DNA of 61,283 nucleotides from Candidatus Bathyarchaeota archaeon (lineage in GTDB: Archaea > Thermoproteota > Bathyarchaeia > Bathyarchaeales > DTEX01), in contig JAGTQA010000014.1 of the NCBI GenBank assembly GCA_018396975.1, forward strand, positions 1 to 61,283. Direction: 5' to 3'. The notes below the pieces were generated by a model. The model was not told where the DNA came from. It worked only from the letters and a program-made list of their open reading frames with translations, and ran no database searches. The translations under genes and the position numbers were made by a program. Positions within the stretch are counted from its first letter, which is position 1. Each line of letters opens with the position of its first letter. Positions 18,689 through 29,160 of this stretch are shown here, piece by piece.

Positions 18689-19642
18689 TTATGTCTCCGG
18701 GCTCTCCCTTAACTCCTTTGCCTTATCCTCAGGTGTATAGTCAAATGTGACCGTACCAGCACCAGTCTCAACGCTGGCGAAATACTTTACCTTGTTTCTT
18801 TCTCTGTAAGGTGGATAAAATTCGATGTGGAAGTGATAATATGGATATGGCTTATTATCCGTAGGTCTCTGATGGAGAACCATCATGTATGGGAAACTCA
18901 TGTTAAAGAGATTATCAAACTTTCTTAAGACCCGCTTAAGTATTGAGGCGAGGGAATCCCTCTCCTCACCAGTTAGGTCCGTTAGATCACCCAGGTGCCT
19001 CTTCGGATATATATGAACCCCATATGGCCAGTGCGCGAAGAATGGTAAGAAGCAGATGAAATGATCATTCTCACAGACAATACGCACGCCATCATGCTTT
19101 TCCTTCTCTATTATTGTGCAGAATAGACACTTACCATTTCTCTTCCAGTAGAGCCTGCTCGACTCAAGCTCGCGCTTGATTAGAGGAGGTATGAATGGGA
19201 AGGCATATATTTGGCCGTGTGGGTGATCTAGGGTAACACCTATTATTCGACCCTTATTTTCAAAAATAAAAACGTATTTCACGTATTCCCTCCCGCCTAA
19301 ATCCTTAAATCGCTCAGTCCACAAGTCTATTACGGCTCTAATATTCTCGACGCTTAAATCTGCTAGAGTAGTATCATGCTTAGGCGTATAAATTACAACT
19401 TCACATACCCCCCTAGACCTCCTACAACGATAAAGCCTATCAGACTTAACATTTGGCTTTGGTGGATCTGGGCGTAGGGATGGAAACTTATTTGGTATAC
19501 TGAGGGCGGTCCATCCATATTCTGGGACCTCCTCGGAGCCCGGGCAGAATGGACAGAAGCCTTCGGGCAGTAGGGGGCGTTTACCCCTCTCATCCGAGAC
19601 AATGATCCATTCTCTTAGTATCGGGTCCCATCTAAGCTCCAT
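18689..19642 (-). CDS. galT: Galactose-1-phosphate uridylyltransferase
   Basis: CPFCPG zinc site and HPHGQIYAF (HxHxQ). Start moved to MELRWDP. Confidence 0.85.
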   Translation of the reverse strand: MELRWDPILREWIIVSDERGKRPLLPEGFCPFCPGSEEVPEYGWTALSIPNKFPSLRPDPPKPNVKSDRLYRCRRSRGVCEVVIYTPKHDTTLADLSVENIRAVIDLWTERFKDLGGREYVKYVFIFENKGRIIGVTLDHPHGQIYAFPFIPPLIKRELESSRLYWKRNGKCLFCTIIEKEKHDGVRIVCENDHFICFLPFFAHWPYGVHIYPKRHLGDLTDLTGEERDSLASILKRVLRKFDNLFNMSFPYMMVLHQRPTDNKPYPYYHFHIEFYPPYRERNKVKYFASVETGAGTVTFDYTPEDKAKELRESPET

Positions 19643-19703
19643 AGCACATCCCAATAGATCCGAATTGCCAGAGATTAATATTAGTTGCGAATGCTATATG
19701 AGT

Positions 19704-20492
19704 TTAGGGCCATAAAATTTGGGTTATGGAGGGTATTTTAATGAACAGCCAAACATATACTGATGCGGCAACCATCAAGATAGAGACTATAATTAGGCAA
19801 TAATCTCTACTCCCCATTTTGAGCACATAGAGATTTGTGCGCTTCTTCGATGCACCCCAAGCCCTTGATTCCATGGCCTCCGCGAGCTCAAGACTCCTCC
19901 TTATGGCGTTAACAATTAATGGTATGAGGATGGGTATGTAGTTTCTTATTCTCCTCATGATGTTCCCACCCTCAAGCTCTAGCCCACGTGACCTCTGCGC
20001 GTCTATTATGGTCTGGGCTTCCTCGGCTAGGACTGGGACGAAACGTATGGCTGTGGTGAACGCGAAGCAGAACTCGTAGGGGACACCTATCTGCTCTAAT
20101 GATAATCCAAACATGTCTGGTGAAGTCGTGAGAAAGAATATTGAGAAGGACTCAACTAGAACTATAAACCTAACTGTCATTGCTAGGGCATGCTCAATAA
20201 TCGATGCTAGCGATGGATATCCTCCATAAAAATATAATGATATAACATTCATGATGAAAATTATTGCTGCAAAGAAGGATGCGCCCCTGATTAAGCGGAG
20301 CCACTCCCTGACAACTTTGGCCATTACTACTAGGGGGATCTGTATCAGCAGAAGGATTAGGAGCGGTATTAGTTGGTTGAAGAGGACCGCGGCAACAAAC
20401 AATGCGCATACATATATGAATTTGGCTCTAGGGTCAATCCTATGTATGGGCGAAGACACATTTCTAAATCTTAGACCATCAAACATGCTCAT
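19704..20492 (-). CDS. ecfT: ECF transporter transmembrane (T) component
   Basis: CbiQ-like multi-pass protein with the AxxxRxxG-type coupling helix region (AIRFVPVL...QRSRG). Follows two ECF ATPases. Confidence 0.75.
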   Translation of the reverse strand: MSMFDGLRFRNVSSPIHRIDPRAKFIYVCALFVAAVLFNQLIPLLILLLIQIPLVVMAKVVREWLRLIRGASFFAAIIFIMNVISLYFYGGYPSLASIIEHALAMTVRFIVLVESFSIFFLTTSPDMFGLSLEQIGVPYEFCFAFTTAIRFVPVLAEEAQTIIDAQRSRGLELEGGNIMRRIRNYIPILIPLIVNAIRRSLELAEAMESRAWGASKKRTNLYVLKMGSRDYCLIIVSILMVAASVYVWLFIKIPSITQILWP

Positions 20493-20495
20493 ATA

Positions 20496-21335
20496 CTAGC
20501 GCCTCCAAAATAGCCTCTCTAAAATCAGCTGCTTCGCCTCATACACGCTTATCACGTTTCTTGGGAAGCCAAAATCATTAAGTCTCACAAAAATCTGCGT
20601 TATTTCAGGTAATATTAACGATGCCTCGCTAACCAACTTTAAATCCGTTAGTACTTCTCTGGCATCTCCATCAGCAATTACCTTCCCATCCTTCATCAGA
20701 ATTATTCTAGGCTCGCACTCTACGACGAATTCGATGTCATGCGTCACTATTATAACTGTCTTACCCTGCTGGTTCAACTGGACTATGAATTGCCGAAGTC
20801 TCTCCTTCTGATAGCTGTCTTGACCTATTGTTGGCTCATCAAGAATTAATATTTTTGGATCCCATGCCAACACTGATGCTAGGGCAACCCTCTTTCTCTC
20901 CCCACCGCTGAGCATGAAGGGTGAGACCTTGCGGTACTGGATTAGATCTAGGAGATTTAAAACCTTCTCAACCCTCTCATTGATGGCTCCCTCATCGAAG
21001 CCAAAGTTCTTCAGTGCGAAGGAGACTTCATCCTCAACAGTCTCGCTGAAGAGCTGGTGATCCGGGTTCTGGAAAACTAGACCAACTTTTCTAGATAATG
21101 TTGCTACACTTACATGTCTCGTATCAACCCCATCTATGAGGACTCTACCCTTAGTTGGTTTCAGTAAGCCATTAAAGTGCTTAACTAGCGTGGTCTTGCC
21201 CGCGCCATTCTGCCCCATTATTGCAACGAACTCACCATCGGATATTGATAGAGAGATCCCCTTAAGGGCCTCAACACCATTTGGGTAGGTGAAGTGGAGA
21301 TCTTCAACTTCTATCAGACGTGAGCACCTCCACAA
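20496..21335 (-). CDS. ecfA: ECF transporter ATPase component
   Basis: GQNGAGKTT, LSGGERKR, ILILDEPT. Confidence 0.85.
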   Translation of the reverse strand: MWRCSRLIEVEDLHFTYPNGVEALKGISLSISDGEFVAIMGQNGAGKTTLVKHFNGLLKPTKGRVLIDGVDTRHVSVATLSRKVGLVFQNPDHQLFSETVEDEVSFALKNFGFDEGAINERVEKVLNLLDLIQYRKVSPFMLSGGERKRVALASVLAWDPKILILDEPTIGQDSYQKERLRQFIVQLNQQGKTVIIVTHDIEFVVECEPRIILMKDGKVIADGDAREVLTDLKLVSEASLILPEITQIFVRLNDFGFPRNVISVYEAKQLILERLFWRR

Positions 21336-22158
21336 TTGATTCTGAGATCTCCTCGGGGCTTAGTGGCACCCTACCCAAATCGATGCCGTCCCCCATCAGC
21401 ATAAGATATAGCCTAACGACTTTTGGTATTCCAACACCTATCAGCCTAGCCCTCTCATCCAAGAAAACCCTTCTAGGCTCACCATCCAAAATAATCTGGC
21501 CCCTATCCATAATTATGACGCGATCAGCATATCTGGCCGCCAAATCCAGCCTATGCTCAACAAGGATGACGGTTATTTCCAAATCTCTGTTTAATCTGTG
21601 AATAATCTCGAGAATGCTCTTTGCGCTCAGCGGGTCGAGAAATGAAGTTGGCTCGTCGAGAACTATTATCTCGGGCTGCATTGCTAGAACTGATGCTATT
21701 GCAACGCGCTGCTGCTGTCCGCCTGAGAGCTCGAATGGAGCCCTATCCTTCAAGTCATATATGCCTGTAACCTTAAGGGCCCAGTCAACCCTCCTACGTA
21801 TCTCATCCCTAGGAAGGCCGATATTCTCTAGTCCAAAGGCCACATCTTTCTCGACTGTTAGGGCGAAGAGCTGGTTCTCCGGATTCTGGAATACTAGACC
21901 AACATGGCGCGCCATCTCATAGATTGGATGCTCTGTCGGCTTTAAGCCAGCAACAACTATTTCTCCCTCAAGGTTACCGCCATAAAAGTGTGGTATGAGA
22001 CCGTTAAAGCATCTACATAGGGTGGTTTTTCCACATCCACTTGGGCCAGTTAAAAGGACGAATTCACCCCTCTCTATCTTGAGATTCACATCTTTGAAAG
22101 CTGGCTTCTCAGCGAAGGGGTAGGTATATGTCAGATTGCTGGTCTCGATTACTGCCAA
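21304..22158 (-). CDS. ecfA: ECF transporter ATPase component
   Basis: GPSGCGKTT, LSGGQQQR, IIVLDEPT. Overlaps the next ATPase gene by 32 nt. Confidence 0.85.
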   Translation of the reverse strand: MAVIETSNLTYTYPFAEKPAFKDVNLKIERGEFVLLTGPSGCGKTTLCRCFNGLIPHFYGGNLEGEIVVAGLKPTEHPIYEMARHVGLVFQNPENQLFALTVEKDVAFGLENIGLPRDEIRRRVDWALKVTGIYDLKDRAPFELSGGQQQRVAIASVLAMQPEIIVLDEPTSFLDPLSAKSILEIIHRLNRDLEITVILVEHRLDLAARYADRVIIMDRGQIILDGEPRRVFLDERARLIGVGIPKVVRLYLMLMGDGIDLGRVPLSPEEISESIVEVLTSDRS

Positions 22159-22326
22159 AGTCTAGTTACACCTTAGCTAATTCTTCATCTAGAGGGTTAT
22201 ACTTAAGAGTAACGTGTAATTTAAATCGAACGTTTAAACATTTAGAACTGTTTATATTGCGGATCATATGCGGAGGCTATAGAAAACACTTTTTAGGCCC
22301 TTGTAAGCATATAAGTGGGATGGTAG

Positions 22327-23340
22327 TTGTCCTTGAGGATAAAGTGGGAGAGCGGCGTACTAATAGAGCATAAGGATACCAAAATCATTCTAGACCCATA
22401 CTCCCGAAGCCTGAATCATAGGGCCGCCCTAGTAACACACGCCCACCTAGACCACTCACATGCCTTTAAGGTCAACCATATTTTGAAATTCTCTTCCGAG
22501 GAGACTGGGGAGCTTGTGGCTTTGGATGGCATTAGTAGGATAGATAGGTGGCGGCCTATAAGGGAGGGAGAGAGAATAACCATAGATGATATTGAAGTGA
22601 CTCCGCACTCATCCGGCCATGTTCTAGGCTCCTACGAGTTTGAAATAATTACACCGGAGGGGACTATTCTGTTCACTGGAGACTTAAACACGAGAGAGCA
22701 CAGAACCGTTAGGCCAGCCGAGCCGGTTCAATGTGATGTACTCATTATAGAGTCAACTTTCGGCTCACCAGACTTCGTCTTCCCACCAGATGAGACTATT
22801 GCTAAAGATATAGTTGATTGGGCGAGTAAGGTTTTGAGCGCCGGTAAGATTCCAGTCTTTCAGGCCGATTCGCTCGGCAATGCTCAGGAAGTAATACGGG
22901 TCTTTAATGAGAACACCACTATACCGATCGTCTCGCACCGGAGGATTTCAAGAGTTAATAGAGTTTATGAGATGCATGGCTATCGAATGGAGTATATTGA
23001 TATGGAGGATGAACGCGCTCATGAATTAATCTCAAACCGAAACGCTGTGATCGTTGCGCCCAAGAGATTAGACCTATCTTTCAGAACGGACTACGTTTCA
23101 GCGCTGGTCTCCGGATGGGCTTTAAAATTTAGGCGTAAATCCTTTCCTCTAAGCGATCACGCGGACTTCCCGAACCTTATGGAATTTATTGGTAGATGTA
23201 GGCCTAAGATAGTCTTAACCTATCATGGTGGGAGACATAATAGTATTCTGGCAAAGTATGTTGAGAAGAAACTTAAGATAAGAGCCTATCCAATCGACCT
23301 AATCCCAACCAGATTTCAATCCAAGATATCCTATTTCTAG
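22327..23340 (+). CDS. Metallo-beta-lactamase fold (beta-CASP-like) hydrolase
   Basis: THAHLDHS motif, later SGH and ESTFG, and a C-terminal SDHAD-type motif (LSDHADF). Confidence 0.6.
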   Translation: MSLRIKWESGVLIEHKDTKIILDPYSRSLNHRAALVTHAHLDHSHAFKVNHILKFSSEETGELVALDGISRIDRWRPIREGERITIDDIEVTPHSSGHVLGSYEFEIITPEGTILFTGDLNTREHRTVRPAEPVQCDVLIIESTFGSPDFVFPPDETIAKDIVDWASKVLSAGKIPVFQADSLGNAQEVIRVFNENTTIPIVSHRRISRVNRVYEMHGYRMEYIDMEDERAHELISNRNAVIVAPKRLDLSFRTDYVSALVSGWALKFRRKSFPLSDHADFPNLMEFIGRCRPKIVLTYHGGRHNSILAKYVEKKLKIRAYPIDLIPTRFQSKISYF

Positions 23341-23399
23341 GGAAAATTTTTATTCCTAGATAGTAAAGTGTAGATTCATTTAAAAGGAGGTGCTTAGAC

Positions 23400-24191
23400 T
23401 TGATTAGGCCGGTAACATTTAGGAACATGAATCAGCAGATTATTGGAATACTCCATACACCAGATAATATTAGGCTGAATGAGAAGGTCCCTGGAATACT
23501 TATGTTTCATGGCTTTACTGGAAACAAGACTGAGGCCCATAGACTATTTGTTCATGTAGCAAGGAGCCTATCCGAACATGGCTTCATAGTTCTCCGATTC
23601 GACTTCAGGGGTTCTGGGGATAGTGATGGTGAATTTGAAGATATGACGCTGCCGGGGGAGGTCAGCGACGCTGAGAGAGCGCTAACTTTCCTCTTAAGGC
23701 AGAGGAACGTTGATAAGAACAGGATTGGTGTTATAGGGCTTAGTATGGGCGGGAGGGTTGCGGCCATACTTGCCTCAAAAGATAGGAGAGTTAAGTTTGC
23801 AGTCCTATATTCACCAGCTCTAGGGCCCCTAAGGGATAGGTCGCTTTCATTTATGAGTAAGGAGAAGATTGAGAGGCTCAATTCTGGAGAGGCCGTTGAG
23901 TTCTTCGCTGAAGGCTGGTATATAAAGAAGGCGTTCTTCGAAACCGTCGACTATATTGTTCCACTAGATATTATGGACAGCATTAAAGTGCCAGTTTTAA
24001 TTGTGCATGGCGATAAAGATCCACTTATACCAGTGGGAGAAGCCATAAGAGCCTATGAAAAGATTAAGGGTGTAAACGAGAAAAATGAGCTTTACATAGT
24101 TAGAGGTGGAGACCACACATTCTCTAAGAAGGAGCACACCCTGGAGGTTATAAAGAAGACACTAGACTGGATAAGATCACTCGGCATCTGA
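23400..24191 (+). CDS. Alpha/beta hydrolase
   Basis: Nucleophile elbow GLSMGG, later GDKD and GGDH. Confidence 0.7.
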   Translation: MIRPVTFRNMNQQIIGILHTPDNIRLNEKVPGILMFHGFTGNKTEAHRLFVHVARSLSEHGFIVLRFDFRGSGDSDGEFEDMTLPGEVSDAERALTFLLRQRNVDKNRIGVIGLSMGGRVAAILASKDRRVKFAVLYSPALGPLRDRSLSFMSKEKIERLNSGEAVEFFAEGWYIKKAFFETVDYIVPLDIMDSIKVPVLIVHGDKDPLIPVGEAIRAYEKIKGVNEKNELYIVRGGDHTFSKKEHTLEVIKKTLDWIRSLGI

Positions 24192-24263
24192 AGGCTTAAT
24201 GGAGCCCACATCTCCACAATACTTATTTCCCCATACACTCTAGAAACGGGGGAGGAGACAGAC

Positions 24264-25664
24264 TTGAATAGAACTAAAAAACTCTTGAAAAGATTAATTA
24301 GGAACCCCTACTTTCTGGGATTTATAAGTCTTTTATGGCTTCTTTTTAGGTCCGGAACCAAGCCCTCACGCATCACCTATCCATGTCAGAGGGCCTCTGC
24401 AACCATAAGCTTCTACTTCCTAATATATCCTATCTTTGCACCAATATTTATCATTCTAAAGAGATTTCTGAGACTGTCAACTCATGCCCGAAAGATCTCT
24501 GGCAGAAAAATCTTATCCATTTCTCTAGCATCCCTATCGGTGATAGTCACTATCCTAACAGTCTATGCAAACATTGTTATTAATCCTAAGATGGTGTTAA
24601 GCGGGCGGACAGCCTTAATTGATAGGAAGGCCACGGTCTCAGTGGTGCGTGTTGGTGGACGCCCCCTTGAGGAAGCATTAAAAGAGGCCATTAATCTCGT
24701 AGGTGGAATAGACCATTATATACCACCGCAATCGAAGGTTCTCATTAAACCAAACATAGTCAGTAATCGAAGACCACCATGCACAACTGATCCAGCCATA
24801 GTTGAAGCGCTGATTAACATTATAAAGCGCAAAAATCCATCCGTAATCTGGATAGCAGATGGGAGTGGTGACGGCAACACCTATGTAAACTTTGCGTCCC
24901 TAGGCTACCTGCCGGTTGCCGAGAGGACAGGGGCCATACTTGTTGACTTGAATTATGGAGACATGATTAATGTATCGGTTCCGGGGGGAGGAGTTGTCTT
25001 CGATAGCTTCTTGTTTAACCGCATAGTTGCTGAGGCAGATGTCTTCATATCTTTAGCATGCATGAAAACTCATTATCAAGCTGTTGTAACATTATCGATG
25101 AAGAATCTTGTAGGTATAGCTCCCGGCTCAGTATATGGATATCAACCTAGCACAACAAAGTGGATTCTGCATGATGAAGCGGAGAGAAAGGGTGATCCTT
25201 ACATGGCGGGCGTAATAACCGACCTTTGCAGGGCTAGAAGAATCGATCTAGCCATAATCGATGGCAGAGTCGCCATGGAGGGCGAGGGGCCGCTTGACGG
25301 CGACCCCGTAAAACTCGACCTATTAATAGTTGGGGCGGATCCCGTTGCAGTGGATACTGTGGCTTCTGCAATAATGGGATTTGATCCGGAGAAGGTGCCA
25401 ACGCTACGCCTAGCCAGCCAACTCGGGCTTGGAACAAACAACCTACATGAGATTGAGATTAAGGGTGAGAGGATTGAGGATGTCTGTTACCCCTTTAAGC
25501 CAGCTAGAGGACATGAAATCTTTCAGATGTTCTCGAGTGTCGAACGTGAGTTATATAAATGGAGGGCGAGTCTAACTTATACTGCCGCCGCCCTCTGGAT
25601 TATAACAATATCAACTTTAATTGCGGGAAGGATGGGGGCGAGACGGCATTTTACAAGATTCTAA
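24264..25664 (+). CDS. DUF362 domain membrane-anchored protein
   Basis: N-terminal TM helices, then KVLIKPNIV... and CMKTH, typical of DUF362. Confidence 0.55.
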   Translation: MNRTKKLLKRLIRNPYFLGFISLLWLLFRSGTKPSRITYPCQRASATISFYFLIYPIFAPIFIILKRFLRLSTHARKISGRKILSISLASLSVIVTILTVYANIVINPKMVLSGRTALIDRKATVSVVRVGGRPLEEALKEAINLVGGIDHYIPPQSKVLIKPNIVSNRRPPCTTDPAIVEALINIIKRKNPSVIWIADGSGDGNTYVNFASLGYLPVAERTGAILVDLNYGDMINVSVPGGGVVFDSFLFNRIVAEADVFISLACMKTHYQAVVTLSMKNLVGIAPGSVYGYQPSTTKWILHDEAERKGDPYMAGVITDLCRARRIDLAIIDGRVAMEGEGPLDGDPVKLDLLIVGADPVAVDTVASAIMGFDPEKVPTLRLASQLGLGTNNLHEIEIKGERIEDVCYPFKPARGHEIFQMFSSVERELYKWRASLTYTAAALWIITISTLIAGRMGARRHFTRF

Positions 25665-25745
25665 GTTCACTTAAGCCTAAAGATTGCTTAAAGGGCTGAG
25701 GAGGAAGAGTATTTATGTTCATTGGCTCCATAATGCTGGGCATCT

Positions 25746-26756
25746 CTATTCTCGCGGGCAGTTTTTGAGCTTTTCCCTAAGAATTTTTGCCGTATATTTG
25801 AAGGCGGACTCTAAATCTCCGGTTCCATTCACGCCAGCCGATGTGGAGTGCCCGCCGCCCATTCCATGAAGAAGCTCACCTAGCCTACTCGCTAAATCCC
25901 TGCCTAAGTGTATCCCAGTTTTGCTGTAGAATTCATTATCGGATCTCATGCTAATGGAGATCTCACCCTTATCCTCTGAGCCTACAATTGCCAGATTCGC
26001 CCCAACATCAATTAGCGCCCTTGCAGCAGAGGCTTGAAAAGACCCAACATGAGAGAAGACGACGAGCCATCCATATATCCTCATAAGCTTCATTCTACTG
26101 CATGCCTTAAGCCGGGCTATACGCTCCGATATATCCATTGGTATGGATAAAAGCTGCAGCATCTCCTGAACGTCAACGCCCAAATCCACTAGGTCTGCGA
26201 TTGCCTTAAATGTTGAGGCACCAGCTAAAGTAAAATGCTTAGTGTCATATGCTATGCCCAGGAATAGGGCTTCGGCAACGTCTTTCGAGGGTCTTATTTC
26301 AGCCTCCCTAAATAAATCATATATGATTTCGCATGTGGATGAGGCGTCCTCCCGATATATGTATAGTGTTGCAATTTTTCTTGTTTCCGGATGCGGTGCA
26401 TGATGATCAATAACAATTATTGGCAAGCGTAGTTCAGATATCTGCTTTCCCCATTCATCTAGCTGCTGCGTTGTGTTTGTATCAAGCATAAATATTACAT
26501 CAGCCTTCTCAAAATCCGGTCTCTCGTTCATCACGCTCGCATGTAAATGCTCCAAAATTACTTTTGATACTCTACTGACACTTTCTGGTGATGCAACCTC
26601 AATCTTAAGGGTTGGTTTAAACTGTTTCAGTAGCTTAGAGAGGGCGTAAGATGAACATACCGCGTCTGGATCAGCATTATGATGGCATAGTATAAGCGCA
26701 GTCCCCGCGTTCTTCTCCTCAAGAATACTAGTTATCTCATGTAACATGCCATTCAT
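25746..26756 (-). CDS. DHH/DHHA1 phosphoesterase (NrnA-like)
   Basis: HHNADPDAVCS, VIDHHAP and GGGHSTSAG motifs. Confidence 0.8.
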   Translation of the reverse strand: MNGMLHEITSILEEKNAGTALILCHHNADPDAVCSSYALSKLLKQFKPTLKIEVASPESVSRVSKVILEHLHASVMNERPDFEKADVIFMLDTNTTQQLDEWGKQISELRLPIIVIDHHAPHPETRKIATLYIYREDASSTCEIIYDLFREAEIRPSKDVAEALFLGIAYDTKHFTLAGASTFKAIADLVDLGVDVQEMLQLLSIPMDISERIARLKACSRMKLMRIYGWLVVFSHVGSFQASAARALIDVGANLAIVGSEDKGEISISMRSDNEFYSKTGIHLGRDLASRLGELLHGMGGGHSTSAGVNGTGDLESAFKYTAKILREKLKNCPRE

Positions 26757-26780
26757 CCCGATCCCTTACAGCATTATGGG

Positions 26781-27083
26781 CTAGGATCGAATCTTTCTTA
26801 AATACTCCTCAATCGCGTCAAAGGCCGCCTTAACCGAGCCGTTAGCGAGCTCCTCGGCACTTGCACCTTTATAAAATGGTGAGAGACTCAACTCAACTTC
26901 AATATCAATGTTAAGGGTTTCCGAGCCCTCCAGATCAACCGATATTGATAGGTCGGATATATACTCCCTTGGAACCCTAGACATAACATATTTTCTGGCA
27001 GCTTCCTCAGCTATGTCACAAATCTTCTCTAGCTCTTCATATGGGAGGGTTGATATTGGCTGCTTACTCAAGAGTGGCACCAT
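26781..27083 (-). CDS. Small conserved archaeal protein downstream of prefoldin beta (DUF3194-like?)
   Basis: 100-aa acidic protein, 11 nt after the pfdB stop on the same strand. Family name is recalled, not verified. Confidence 0.35.
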   Translation of the reverse strand: MVPLLSKQPISTLPYEELEKICDIAEEAARKYVMSRVPREYISDLSISVDLEGSETLNIDIEVELSLSPFYKGASAEELANGSVKAAFDAIEEYLRKIRS

Positions 27084-27094
27084 TTAATCGAATT

Positions 27095-27466
27095 TTAATC
27101 TTGCGCCTGCGAGATTGGGCGCAAATCTTTCTGGAGTTTTTCTTGGAGCTCTTTTATCTGGCTCCTAAGTCTCTCCTCCTGCTTTGTCAGAACTGAGACT
27201 CTCATGTTGGCAAGCTCTCTTCTCTCAGATAGCTCGCTTGTAACCTTAGCCTTATCAGTTCTAATGAGTAGAGAACCTATTGATTTATATATTACGACGT
27301 CATCTGAAACCTTTTCAAGCTCGCTTAATGCCCTATCAATCTCTATAAGCTCTAGGTCAAGCTGCTGCTTCTGTGCTAAAACTGTTTGGAGAGTCTCCTG
27401 TAGCTGCTGAAGCCTGAGCAGCCTCTCCTGAACTGCTGGCGGAAGCTTGGTGATCTCCCCGCTCAT
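27095..27466 (-). CDS. pfdB: Prefoldin beta subunit
   Basis: ~120 aa two-helix coiled coil with a central beta hairpin region (VVIYKSIGSLLI). Confidence 0.8.
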   Translation of the reverse strand: MSGEITKLPPAVQERLLRLQQLQETLQTVLAQKQQLDLELIEIDRALSELEKVSDDVVIYKSIGSLLIRTDKAKVTSELSERRELANMRVSVLTKQEERLRSQIKELQEKLQKDLRPISQAQD

Positions 27467-27546
27467 ATCACACCATCACCATTACACTTACAAACTAAAT
27501 AAGATTGCTGCAATTAAAGGTTTCCGAGGATATTAAACAGCCCATT

Positions 27547-28890
27547 TTACGCAAGATTTGAGAAGAGACTATAGGGTATTACTTCATCGAACATTTGCGG
27601 CGGCCCACTCTTTTCTAGACCGTATCTTGAAAGCGGCTTAGTTAAATGTCTCTCAGATCTTGGCGGCGTGATGTATAATCCTGGCTTCAAAGATCTTTCA
27701 ATTCTGACCGCTATCTTTGTGAGGTTTGCACCGTGGAAGCCGCATTTATAGCACTCAAAGCCCTTGTCTCTCCCCATGGACTTCATCCTCTTACCGCAGA
27801 CTGGGCAGAGGGGATTCTGAAAAATTATCTTCTCAGCTAGATCGATAATCATAATTTTCTCGACATTTATTGTTTTAGGATTCTTCCTTGAGGGTGGGCG
27901 AACGCCGCCATAAACCTCCACTAGGTCTCCCTCAATAAGCATACTGACTATTTTACGCATGTTCCCACTCTGCTCATAGGCTGCGCAGTCTATTACGCCA
28001 GTTTCATCCCCAACCTGAAATATTATGTGCCCGCCGGGGATAACTCTGGGGCTTCCAATAACCCTGCCTCGAACTACAACTGGATTATAGGGTTTTACAT
28101 CTTTTATTGAGGGGGCCCTTTTTAGGTGGGCGTCGGTCCCATGGTTTGTCCTAAAGATGACCCAGCGGTCCAGCGGCTCATATGACCGTATCATTTCATG
28201 TGCGAGTTTAACTGCCTCGGGACTCTCACCCCTAATCCCATAAAGTATTGGGTCTGGGCCCCTAGGTGTTATCAGTATTCTGCCAGTTTCCGGGTCAATA
28301 TTATTAAATGTTAGGTTACCCATTTTCCTATCCATCTCTATGACCGATGACTCATCAATCCTCCTTATGGTCCCCCAGTTCTCGCGCCTCCTGTAAGCTA
28401 TCAGCTCAAAGGTGTGGTCTCCATTCAAAGTTTCACCTATCGCAGCCAAACCACCAATTATTCCACGCCTCATTTTGTAGCCTATGGCCTCGGCCCTAAA
28501 CCTCCTAATTAGTTTTAGCGCATCAACCATCCTAACGATTCCCTGAATCGCATCCCTAGCAAATTGCCTAATCTCCTCCGGCACATCCCCAATAAGGAAG
28601 ACCGCGCCTGGATCTGTCCCCCCATAATCTAGGTCGGAGTTCTCCTCAATTGTCTCAATCACGCACTCCCTAATATCCTCGTATAGCTCCTCTCTACACT
28701 TAATTCTCAGACAAAGCGCCCCATTCCCGCGGGTTTTCCATGGAACATTTGGATTTAACCGGATCAGGTTTGGGTAGTCTATGAATTGAACGCCCATCTT
28801 ATAAAACTTCTCGATTATTAATGCTGCAATATATGTTGTGCAGCCAGTTCTAGGCGAATCGGTATCATCAAATCCTATATGGAGTTTCAT
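27547..28890 (-). CDS. tiaS: tRNA(Ile2) 2-agmatinylcytidine synthetase TiaS
   Basis: MKLHIGFDDTDSPRTGCTTY N-terminus. C-terminal zinc ribbon CPVCG...CYKCG. Start set at M33 of the track ORF. Confidence 0.85.
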   Translation of the reverse strand: MKLHIGFDDTDSPRTGCTTYIAALIIEKFYKMGVQFIDYPNLIRLNPNVPWKTRGNGALCLRIKCREELYEDIRECVIETIEENSDLDYGGTDPGAVFLIGDVPEEIRQFARDAIQGIVRMVDALKLIRRFRAEAIGYKMRRGIIGGLAAIGETLNGDHTFELIAYRRRENWGTIRRIDESSVIEMDRKMGNLTFNNIDPETGRILITPRGPDPILYGIRGESPEAVKLAHEMIRSYEPLDRWVIFRTNHGTDAHLKRAPSIKDVKPYNPVVVRGRVIGSPRVIPGGHIIFQVGDETGVIDCAAYEQSGNMRKIVSMLIEGDLVEVYGGVRPPSRKNPKTINVEKIMIIDLAEKIIFQNPLCPVCGKRMKSMGRDKGFECYKCGFHGANLTKIAVRIERSLKPGLYITPPRSERHLTKPLSRYGLEKSGPPQMFDEVIPYSLFSNLA

Positions 28891-29160
28891 GCCGCAGCTT
28901 CCAATAATAAATTTTATTCGGAGATTTAAGGATGATTGACCTACTCTCGCCTTTGAAGCGCTAGGCAGATAAACATAAATTGTCACGCCGGAGAGAAAGG
29001 CAACATTAATATCTTCGCTCCAATAAATTGTATTTTGCCGGATGAAGAGAAGGCATTTGATTGAGTGATGATAGGTCAGAGTTAAACTGACGGCAACTCA
29101 AACTTTTATGGCCAAGAATATGATTTTGGCTAGAGACCAGAAGAGAATTGGAAAGCCATA

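Noticed and set aside
28891-28986. N-terminal 32-aa extension of the TiaS ORF
   Set aside because: The conserved TiaS N-terminus begins at MKLHIGFDDTDS, and the upstream residues are not protein-like. The same reasoning was applied to the Adk ORF (37471-37590) and to the aminotransferase, TrxR, GalT, Zfx and HtrA starts.
29065-29090. GTGATGA ... CTGA pair resembling C and D boxes
   Set aside because: The boxes are 15 nt apart with no C'/D' boxes. The possible terminal stem (TTGAG/CTCAA) is offset by 7 nt from the D box. This does not fit archaeal C/D sRNA geometry.
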